From Thalia democratica (lineage: Eukaryota), in assembly GCA_965202585.1 (NCBI GenBank), contig OZ241833.1, forward strand, positions 31,434,001 through 31,498,000: a stretch of 64,000 bases of DNA, in the 5' to 3' direction. This document shows positions 12,601-24,600 of this stretch, piece by piece. The translations under genes were made by a program, and so were the position numbers. Under the pieces are notes generated by a model that made no database searches, was not told the origin of the DNA, and saw nothing but the letters and a program-made list of their open reading frames with translations. The number at the start of each line of letters is the position of its first letter. Position 1 is the stretch's first letter.

Positions 12601-15600
12601 ATTTTAGATGACCCATAAAAATATTATATAACAATCGCTTTCAATCTGTTCGCCAAACTGTATCCATGATAAAGCTTTCTTTAATTTTTTAACAAGCTGC
12701 TTGAAACTTAAAGGCATCTTCGCGTCTAGTTTAAGATACATCAATTACCAACAAAAAAACTGGAACATAATACAACAACAAACAGGCGTTCTGACGTCAC
12801 TGCCGTTGTGACGTAATAGTTTGATTGAAAACTGCTAATGTTCTCCGTGAAAATTAATAAAAAGTCGCAGCTTAATTGAGCTCGGGTGGTCCGCTTGATT
12901 TATTGCTTGAAGATTTTTTGACTCATTGGCGCAAGTAAAACGAGTATCATTGGCGCAAAGCAAACACGCAAGTTTCCTACCGTTTGCTTGTTTTGTCACA
13001 AGAAAAAGCTTAATTTTGTTTGATTTTTACCCGACGTTTTATATAGTAACTACCTGTTTGGGTTAAAAGTTTTCAGTATTTTCGATAATAATTTAAAATA
13101 AGAGTAGTATGTAAATTCAATTAGGAGCTGATTGCAAAGTATAGTTTATGATTATTTTTTAAAAGAAGAACATCAATCGTTGTGGAAGTGACTGTTTAGT
13201 TCAGTTCATTAATCATTTTCGCAAGCTTTTGTATACGAACTTTTAAAACAAAAGTTCTTATTTAAACGAAAAGAAACATTGAAACTAACTTTTATCAGTG
13301 GAACATGATCCTTCATGCTTCAATGTGATGATCATGTTATTTTTGCAGGAACTTTTGTTTAACTCACAGATTGATTTGTAAGTGACTCCATCACTGCCAC
13401 ATAACTCTTTCTTCTCTCTGTTAAAGTAGTATAATTTTCCTAACAGTATGAATTTGTCTTGTTTTCTAATATTTAATTTATACGTGTTGTTTAAAATGTA
13501 ACGATTCATTTTAGTAATTATGCTTTAATCATAAGAAATTAGTAAATTTAGTACGAAGTTTTTTAAAAACTTAAACAAAATATAAAAATATAATTTCTAA
13601 GAAATATCACATAAAAGGTGAAAGTTATTGTAATATAAAAACTAAGCTTTTTAAACTGAAGGTAATAAATTATTGCTAGAAAACTTAAAACTTAAGAAAT
13701 GTTTGAAATAACCTTTGAAACATTTTAATTTAAAATAATACTATGATATTTTAAAAATAATTAAACATGTTTTACAAATTGAAATTACTTGAAGATCTAG
13801 CTAGACAAATGACTTCATTAGAAACAAATTATTCTGAATTTTTTTCATACAGTGTTTTAATTACAAATTTTAAGCATTTTTTAAACATTTAAAGTATTGA
13901 TTTATACTTATAAAATACCTTTGTTTGTCCTTAGTGACGGTTTATATTCAAACGTATAAAATCAAAAAAAACGACCTACAAATACATTTCAACTCAAAAA
14001 CTATGAAAAACTATTTTATCGTAAACATAGCCACACCAACATTAGTCATTGAATTTTAAGTATATAAATAAGTAGTAATTAAAGCATATTATAAAATTGT
14101 TAAACAGCTGCAGTTATTCAACTTACTCCAGTTCGCACTCGAAATCGCACACGCACCGATACTCGTTGTCCACAAACTCGCACTCCCCGTTCAAACACAG
14201 GTCCTCGTTATCGTAGCAGTCCAGTTCCCCGCTGCCCGAACCCGATTCTGATAAACAATTTGTTAACTAACTTATAATCATTAATAAATTTTATTTTGTT
14301 AATAATTTTTTTACCAAGAATAAACATGCTATCTTGGTATTGATACAAATATTGATGTTTAGGAAACACTTACAGCTCGATTCTGATAAGTAGTAATAAA
14401 CTGTTGATTGAAATTTAAACCACGATAGTATATAATAAAGCTAGAGTTAAATTATAAATAGGATTGTATATATGTTAAACTAAGAAAAGTAAATGTTTGA
14501 TAAAAATAATATTAAAATCAGGTAATAACTGAAACTTAAAAAATGTACCAAAGTTCATCTTCTGGACTTTAACTTATCGTTTATTGTGGCTGTGTTGAAA
14601 CAAAGCATGAATACTGTTTAAAAATTCAAACTAGTTGCGATAAGCTTCACTACAAAAACTTTCAACCGACCTTCGGTGGTGCAAGGTCCCTCGTAATTGA
14701 CAATGACTTCGGTGTTGTCCTCGCAGGCGACCTTCTTCAGTTGACACTCGTTCTTGTACGTCCTGTCGTCGGTACCACACACTTCAGCATCGTCCGATGT
14801 TTCCGGACACTGAAAAGTATTGTATCAGTAACATACTTTTTTTCTTCGAATGGTTAACTTTATTAGTTTTAGCTGAAGGCAGCATATTTTTACCATTTTC
14901 GGTTTATTAAGTGGAAAGAAAAGATAAAATTTCATTTTAAACATACTTCTGCAGTGAGAAGCAACCTCATAAATATTTTAAAGGCAGCAAAAGTTTGGTG
15001 TGGTAGAAATGTTGTATTACTACTTGTGTAGGTAAAAGCTTAAAGTAGTAACACAGAAGAAAGATACTTTAAAAAAAAAATAATTTGTTTTTGTGATTTT
15101 GTAAAAAAAAACTAGGAACAAAAAAAAAACTCGTATTGTATTGTATAATAATTTTCGACTATTTAGTTTTTAAAGTTAAGTTTGTGACAAATTCTATTCG
15201 AAAAACGACTTGAATACTAATAAAGTTAATAATAAAAATTGTTACATACAAGAATTATCACTTTGATAAATAGTTTCATTGGCGGATAATTGTCTAAGTA
15301 AAAGTATTAAAAAACTTAACTCTTAACTTAATATAACTTTATTATATATTTCTGTAACAGTCTGCCTGACTTTAACATTAATTTTTATATTTTACCTCAG
15401 GACATCTGCATTCTCTTCCGTCGAACTCGGAGTTGCGACATGTTCCGTAAATCGGGCACTTCATCCCTTCGCACGGATTTTCTGCAATTAAAACAACAGT
15501 AAAATTCCTTACTTGAAAAAAAATCCCACATTCACGCAAAAGCTGTTGTGATTACAAAGAATGTTTTCTTCGACCACACGCGACCAATAAGTTTTTAGTT

Positions 15601-18600
15601 TAAATATAAAAAAACTGACAAATACCATAGTTTTAAAGACACTCAGCGGTTTCTACAGTGTTATTTTAGTTTGTCAGACACTTGAAATAGTCTGGTAAAA
15701 CCAATGATTAAACATAGTGTTATTAAAGCTAATCTCTAAATACATACTCGAAACCGAATAATCTTCGTATTAGATCTTAAGTTTTAAGAAGCTAACAAAT
15801 ACTAAAACTTATCTTGATTTTTTTTTACTTTTAAGTTTGTTTAAAACACTAACTGCATGTTCCAGCCGATGAAACTTTTACATTTTTCTTGTTTTCACAG
15901 TTGTATTGCTCAAGTTTGCAGTTGCTCCTGTGAGTAAAAACACTGTTTAAACCTTAGTGCAGCATTTAAATTATACTATTAAATAAATTACTATTTAAAA
16001 AAAAAAGTTGTAGTAGATTTAAAAATTTCAAGTCGAAAACCAAAATTGTTTTTTAACTCTTAATTTTTTAGAGTTAATGGTACACACGTAAACGGACTGT
16101 TTACCACTTTATATCAAAAGAAGTTTACACTGAAACACCAATAAACGAACTTGTAAGTGTTTCCATCGCTGCCGCACACCGGTGCGTATTCGTCCTGGCA
16201 AGAAACACAAACACAGCTTGCTTTTCCGTCCTTCACAACGCATCCCTCACCTGGTTTGCTGCACATTCCATCGCAGGTACCTGTGTGAATGAAAATATTC
16301 AATAGTGTTACTTTTTTACAGGTTTTCACTCCCTATCGCAGTAACATGTGTTTAACAGTTAGGAGGTAAGCATTGCTTTTGCATAGGTTTTCAAAGTTAG
16401 TACCTCTTTAGGTTTTACTTTAGTACCTGACGAGAAAGTCTAATTTTGACTGATAAAATTATGGTAAAAAAAACTCGTGTTGGATTAGTTTGTTATACCG
16501 TTTTTCTATAACAAGTAGCACACAGCTAATTTAAGTTTAAACATATAAGAAATTTAGTGATATACAGAAAAAACTATTAAAGCATAAATGCAAAGTTGCT
16601 TCAACAAAAAGTACTATTTTTATCATCTCCTACCATGCGTTTAGTTTTCCAAACCTATTGAAATTAAAAGGTGTGCTGTGCTAATTGAGCATTAATATTG
16701 AGGAATTTTGTCTCCTTTTTATGAGCTTTAATCTCAGCATACGAACAACTGTATAAGAGTTCTTTTATACTATAATAGGAATTTTTTTCCTAATTCTGAA
16801 GAGTTGTTTGGATAGTGATAAATTTCTGTTTAAACTTTTTTATGGAATTAAGAACTTTTTTTTAAACCTTAACAGCTGATCTTTTCTTTTCGCAGCTTCT
16901 AATCCTAATTATTGCGTCATAGTTTACGTTTATCTTTGTGAGTAAATCGCGTAAATACGTCACAAAAACGCATGATCACGAGAAAAGTTTATAATTTTGA
17001 AGGCAAAAGAGTCTTAAATCTTTATAATTGCATACAACCTGAGTTACTAACTTTTAATTTTTTCGATTTGGATTACTTGGTCAGAGTTTTAAATTTTTGT
17101 GAAAAGGAAATATTTTAACAACAAGACTTAAGTATTCTTGACGATAAACATTTTAAGTTATTATAGAACTAATATAACCTTTACAAGCTTGTATTAATTA
17201 AAACAGAAACGTTTTTGTCAAGTTTTGTCAAAACAAAAAAAAAACTACTGTTTATGCATTTTACGTATCAGTTTGTACAAACATAAGGTGCGTTATCTGC
17301 GAACCTAACGCTCTAATAACTTGAAATTAACTCAAATTGGCGGCAATTTGGCTTTGAAACGCAATAATAGGCCGGCTTGTTTAGCAAATAGCAGATATCG
17401 TAATACTTTCATGCTTTATCCGGCCTAATCTCGAAATACACTAGTGCCTCGGATAAGCGACAAACTTTATCTGCTCTGTACATGATTTTCGGATTACGTA
17501 CGAGATCATTTCGTGGAAATATTTTTGCTTCTTCTGTAAGTCGTTTTTTTTTGTACGATTTTTTGATTTCAAATGAAAAAAAAAAGAGTTCTTTAAAATT
17601 GATGTAATATCTAAAAATATATAAAGCTGTATATATATTTAATGATTTCAATATTAAATAATTTCACTGCATATTACTTCAATTTATATTATAAAAGAAA
17701 CTATACTACACTTTGTCGATTATTTAAAACAATTTCAGTGCAAAAACAAAATTCAAAAATAATGTTTCAAACGAAAACCTAATAAGTATGTATTAAAAGG
17801 CTCAACTTTTTGTATAATAAGAAAATAATTGTGAAAAAAACCTTGGAAATTCTGGCACTTTGTCGCAAACACGAACTCCTCCGACCAGCAAACTTCCCTC
17901 CTCAGCGCCAGCTTGTTGGCGAAAGTGGCGTTTTCGCGTTTGGAACACAGGGGGGAGTACCGGACGTGATCCGGGTTGGGGATTGCGTCGCAGGTGCACG
18001 TGGGTATCAGCTCGCCCAAGTCCGTGACGAATATCTTGCACTTTGCCCCCTTTTCGCACCGAATGTCCAAACATATATCTGTTTAGGGGATTTTGGTTAA
18101 TTTTTCTTGAACGAGCTTTTTGTATTAGTTTATGATAAAGTTGATATTTTTTAATTTACATTTTGTGCATTTCGAATAGCTTAGAAGCTAAATATTTGAA
18201 TGAACTCTGTCTTTTTTCTGAAATAACTTTTTGATTTTATTTTTAGTGAAAAAAGTATAGCAAAAATATCTAAATATATATGTACCTTTTAAAATTTTCT
18301 TATTACTATTTTTTATTGAAACAGTCAGTAGATCTGGTTTCAAATTTAAGTTGTATTTTAAAAGCTAGTTATTTATTTAAGACAAAATAGCTAACTAAAC
18401 TACAAGTATAAGTATATAAATAAGTCTAAACAAGTCTAAAACTGCAATTTTGTTTTTTAAATTTTACAATTTCAATCATTATACCATCAGCAAAGAAGTT
18501 GTACAAGTTGGTTTCCATGTCAACCAGATTGACGCCAACTTGCCTAGCAACCATCGTCACCGCTCCGTTGTCAGGGTGGAACAGTCGTCGGTAGGCCCAC

Positions 18601-21600
18601 TTGTACTCGTCACCTGGCAACCAGTTTGTCGGCTCGTTTGAAGCTGAAACTTCCGCTCTGTGACGTCATAAACAAATTTTGTATAACTTCTTTTTTAGAT
18701 TTTTTAAATGCTTGTTTATTCCAAATATTACTTTTTCATATTTTTTATTTAAAGCTGGAGAGTAATTAATATTGTTATAAAGTTAATTTTTGAATTTTCT
18801 TTAGTCTAATATTTGGTCTATAACTTAAAATATATATTTCATACATGAATCCAAAAACAGACGATACAACTTTGGTTTTATGTTTTGTGACATTATGTAC
18901 AATACTGATATTTTAGTTTCGCTTTTAACAAATATATGTAGAATAAAACCAATAATTTATCAGAAGCCTACTTAAACTTTAACTTTGTACAAACTCAGTG
19001 AAATTTGTGGTTTTCACAGTCATTAATTTTAATCATTAGCGTTGTAGAGCTTACTATGATTACGTAAAAAAAATTAGTTTGTGTTTAGTGTTTAATTTAT
19101 GAGTAAAAAATTATTTCCTTTGAAGTTTTAACATTGCATGATTTATTATGGGAAGTAATAAACAAATATGATGTAAAAAGAACTTTTTCAACTTATACCT
19201 TTAATTGATCATTTTAAATTATACAATTATTAACAAAAAACCATACTTTACTTTATACAAACTAAAATATTGTTTTTGTAACTATTTCGTAATCAACTAA
19301 AAAAGTTTCTAAAAACCATTACGTTAAACATCTCATTATTTTTTGTAATTAAAAAAACACTAGTAAACTACATTGAAATAAAACAAACTTGTAAAAAATA
19401 ACCAAGCTTCCTTTCTGAACTTTTTCTATTTCAAATTTGATTATTTGGTTGTGTTTAGTGTTTTTCTCTGCAAGTTTCTGTAAAATATTATTTTCTTTAA
19501 ACTTTTTATTTAAAGAAACATCCGCTGTATTCATAACCTCTAAATAAACACGACTTAAACTTTTAACATTTTTTAATCGAAATAAACTGTTAATAGAGTT
19601 AATGAAGTCGAAAGTTAATCTGAGGCTTGAACGTGATCTATCGAAACTTGTGAATAAAAATACGTCAGACAAAATGTAAAAGATTAACCAGTTATCGATC
19701 TCGAAATTATGTTTAGAAAACACGAAAAGGTCTCCATTGAGTTGAAATTAATCGGAAAGCAACAAATTTGTTGGTCTCTGTAGAACAGCGAGCTGCGATA
19801 TGAAACGCGGATTTCAGTCGAGTTGTCAACGTAGCCGATAAGTCGCTTTTGAACGCTTATCTTGTTACTTTGCAGCTAAGCAACGGGAGTAATCTGGTGA
19901 AAGTGACGCCTTCGACGATAAGAAAAACGCGAAAAGGGCCAGTTTGATGAGCTTTTGCTGCTTGTGCAACAAATATCCACTGACTTGTGGAGTAATTGCT
20001 GGTGAAATATAAACTCACGTTTCTTACAGGATTAGTTTACATACACTGTTCTGACGTTTTGATGCAGTTTGTTCTGACATTCAAAGTTCAACAAACAATT
20101 TTAAGAAAATAGGATTATCTTTTTAAATAACGTCGATGCAGATTTTAATCAGTTGTAATAAATATAACTTAAATCCTGAAAAAGTTCGCCGATGTGCTTT
20201 TAATAACATTTAATCTTTGTTAAACTGGGATTTTTTCATGAGAAGAAAAGATAAGCATTCAACATTTAATCTTATCACACAACTATATGGTATGAATTTA
20301 TACAAACATATTTTAAAATGACAACTAAAGTTATTTTAGCTGAGTAATTAATCTACATTAATCCGTGTTTAATAAAACTAATGTCATTTTCGCTAGTAGA
20401 ACTAGTGTATTATATGCTTTAATCAAATAAATCATCTTAAAAACTTTGTAGAACTGTAAATCCGTTATAATGGGGGAAGTTCAATATTTTAATTTGTTTT
20501 AAAAAATTAAAAATAATTAGTTTTTAGCGTAAAAGTTTAACTGATAACGTTCAGCATAACAAGATTTTTAAGCAAAGATAAAACTACTGTGTAACCCAAC
20601 AACATGAGTATTCAATTAATCGACTATAAAACACGATAATCTATATTTAGCCTCTGCAAAGCTCAAATTAAACAGAGGATAAAAGATTGATTGTGATGAA
20701 GAAATTTCTGAGCTTTTGTTTGAAATACACCAAGGTTAACAAAAACCACCAAGTGCATTAAGGTAGTCGGCTGCAAATCGCGAAAGACCACAAGTATTTT
20801 CAATAAGACAGTTTTGTTGAAATAAAAATTTGTTTAAGCAATAAATTCCGATCTCATTAGTGGTGTTTGGCGTGAGTTTTAATTACACAAACTTCGGTGG
20901 TGTTTATTTTTTCGTAGGTTTGTGCTGCGTTGCAGTAAAATTTAATAATTGTTTGTTTCAGTGTTAACAACACAAAGTGCGCACTTTTTAATTTAATTTT
21001 GACGTTAAAAGTAAAGTTTATTTAATCAACTAAAAACTTTTTGTTTACATATTAGCTTTGGTGAATATTGGTGGTTAAAGTGTTTACACTTTCAGCGAGT
21101 ATTATACTTTGATTTGAAAAATAGTTTTCTAAAATTTTTATAAAGCTATATATATTGAGTTTGCATTAAACAATTTTGAAAAGTATAACTGTTAGGATAC
21201 TTGGTTTAATTGACGTTAACTTACTTAACTAAACAAACTTTTAAAGTTTTTATTAACTTACATTGACACACTAAACGTTTAGTGTCTGCAAAAATATTTG
21301 AAGCTCAAATGTTTGTTTAAAGATTAACAAAATTCAAAGGCTTGATACTCTTCTTATTTGTGTGCGTCTGCCGCGCAACCATGCCCTCAACACAGCCTTC
21401 ACTAAACTTTTGCCAAAATTAATGAGCTTAGCGGGGCATTACCTTCAAAACTGTTTACCTTCGCAGTCAGAAAGTCTTGAGCATCAACAACTTGTTTTGT
21501 TTACAAACAAATGTTTGTTTTATTTGGGGTGGAAATGACATTTAGAACGTTTTGGCAGTGTTTATGTTCTTTTCAAGTTCCGCTTACTTTTTTTGCAACA

Positions 21601-24600
21601 GTATTTGAAAACTAATCTTATATCTGATCAAAGCTTTTTTTACTCAATTATATGCAAACTAACCAAGTTGATGAACTTTTCGATTCTTTTCAGAGTTCTT
21701 TTGAACTCTTTAGAATCCAAATTACAGTTGCCCGCTGTATTTTTGCACGCCTTATCGGCATCGACACTGAAAGTTCCGTGTATCAAAGTTGTATCTGTAT
21801 TTAATATTTTTTTTTTTTTTGAAAAAGTATAAACTTTTAAAGCTCAGTTGAACACAATATAGTTTAAAATAAATACGAAATTTGTTCAAATTTCATGTTT
21901 GAGATTTTTAAGTTATTAATCTGTAGAAATTTGGTATTGTTTAAGTCTCATATAAAGGTTTTATAGAAAATTTTCACTAAGAAAAAGCTATTATCTTTTG
22001 TTACCTTTTTAAACTAAACAAGCACCTGTATGAAAAACCATTTAAAAACGTAAAACAATACAGCACGTAAATAATCAATAAAAAACAAAAGTCTATATCT
22101 GAAAAAAAATAATGATTACTTAACTTTTCCTGAAACACGTTGAAGATATTTTTTACAAGGTTACGTGTATTCGGTTATAAAAAAAAAGATTATGTAGTTT
22201 TTTTATTCAATCTATAAATAAACTCTAGCTTTTAGTACTTAACAACCGTATTAATCAGTATATAAAAAAAACAGTTAATATGTGCAAATGAATACATAAT
22301 TAAAACATTTTTTATAAAATAAAATTTTATAGCAACAAAATTAAAAAAACTAAATACAATGAAACTTACCAAAATCGCTTTTGCAGGCTTCTTTGGACAC
22401 CGCTTTGAGCTCCTGACCAGTTTGGCAAGCATACCTGAGAATATAACACAAAAATAAATAACAAGTAAGTTATAAGGTATTTGAAAAGGTGTTCTGAACT
22501 TTAAAAACAATCTAAATGCTTAGAAGTGTAAATGAATATAAAAGTATACTAAAACTTAAAAGTTCTAGCAGACAGATAAAACTATCTGTAAATACAAAAC
22601 TTTGCGTTAAGATTAACCAAACGCAGGTTGAACAAAAAATGCTTACATTGGCACACATAAATTTTTGGCTTAAAAAACTTGAATTAATTAAAGCTACCAG
22701 TATAGCCGATAGACTTGGAAAAAGTCTTAGCGGATTATTTTAAGGGCAGCAAAATTGATTTTTGCTTATGAAGCTTAAAGTAGTTTATTCCGCGGCTTTG
22801 ATCTTTATCCCGTAAACTCCTCACCCTAGGTTAAAACTTAAATTTTTTTATAGATTTAGAAATAAGTTTTGATCTTTTACTTTCAAAGTTGCCCAGCTGT
22901 GCTTGATTAAGGCTGCTTTGTAGCGTAGGCGTATAATACAGAAAATTAAGTTATTAAAATAAGACTTAAAACTTCTTTTACATATTGAATTTAATTTATT
23001 CTTTTTTACAAATTAGTTTGTTTGATATTAGTCAAATTTTTTATCTTTAGGTTTTATAACGCAAGGTTTTAATTTATATTTACTAAATGTCCTTGTCCAA
23101 ATCAATTATTGTATTTAAAAAGTAATATTGCAAAAATTAGAAACATTTATTTTATTTTGATTAAATTTTACAGTTTTATTTGAGCCTCTACCAATATTAA
23201 AAAACAGTTCAATGAGTTATTTTCTTTTGTTGAAAATATAAATTAACTTGCGAAATAACTGTACAAGTTTTTATAGTATTTAGTGCAAACAATTGACAAT
23301 GGCTATTTTTAGGAATGCACTTTCAGTTTAATCCCTTTTCTGTTATTTTAACTTGTTGTCAGTTCTTTTGTTGGTTTTTAAACCTTTTGTACTCAATACA
23401 ATTAGCATTCATCGTTTATATTTAAACTCACCTTTTTTGTAAACTTTTAAAAACTTAAGGAATGTATGGTGTAACTTTAAAATAATTTCTAAGCTTTTTA
23501 AAACAATTTCTAACTGGTTAAAAATAAAAAAAACAACTTTATAAATACAAAAAATACTCATTTAGAAGCGAGGTATTAACATGGAAATCAATAAACTTAA
23601 CAATACATAAAGGACTACAAATTACTTAAAGTTGTTTTATTAATATAATCCTTAAAATAGCTAAATAAACATAAAAAAGAGTAATCAATTTAACTCTACC
23701 TCTAAAGTTGATTCAGCTCTAGTTGAATTAAAAAAATTTTTTAAAAAATGTTCAAAACAAACTTTCGCATTGCGCATTCTGACTGGTAGCTCCTTCCGTC
23801 GTTGCCGCAAACCGTCTTAGTGACATCATAGTCGCAAACGATGTCGCTGCAGCAAGTTGGAGAACCCCTCGCGTCGAAACTGCAGGCTCCGGGGCAGGTC
23901 GGCACGAATCGATTGAGAGACGAGTTGTAGGAAGTGCATGGGTCTGAAAAAAATTAAATAATTCACTAAAATTAGCAACTGTAAGTTAACGGATTTTTTA
24001 TAATGTACAAGCTTTCAAACTCTAAGTTTATGAAACTAATAATGTGTGTTAATTGTAACTTCTGTATACTTTTATTTAACAAAGGTTTTCGGTTTAACCG
24101 CCTAATACTGCTACAAATTTTTATTGATAAATAAATATTAGAAAAATTAAATATTTTGCTGTATAACAGCTGCAACATCCGTATATATACTGCTTAACTT
24201 CCAGGAACAAACAGTTGTTTGTTACCTCAAGAGGTTTTTATTTGTCCTGTTTGCCGAGCATAAACGGGTTAAAATTTGGTAATTCTCAGAAATTTTATGC
24301 ATGTTGCTTTAGATGTGGCAGCTTAGAAAAGTAAGCCGGTCGCAGTTAATCAGCAGCGTGTAGTTTTCTTAATTGGAAATTAAGCTAATCAAGTTGTACA
24401 TGTCAAAAATTCGTTCTTAATCTAATTTTTTCATGATGTTGTTAATGAGTTTTTTGATACAAAATTTAACTAGCCACAGGAGTTTGTATAAACCTTTTTG
24501 TGTAGAAAACAGCTAAAGGAGTAAATTTTAACAGTCATACTTTTTTATTTAAATACTTCAATTAGCTTTTCATTAGTTAAAGACTCTTTTGTGCTTGTAG

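Noticed and set aside
17409-17651. Minus-strand ORF with a phase-1 acceptor at ~17534
   Set aside because: Purine-rich acceptor, no good phase-compatible donor and no recognisable domain
19478-19723. Upstream part of the 124-aa ORF 19349-19723
   Set aside because: Only 19389-19477 is bounded by good splice sites; the rest is AT-rich intron open by chance
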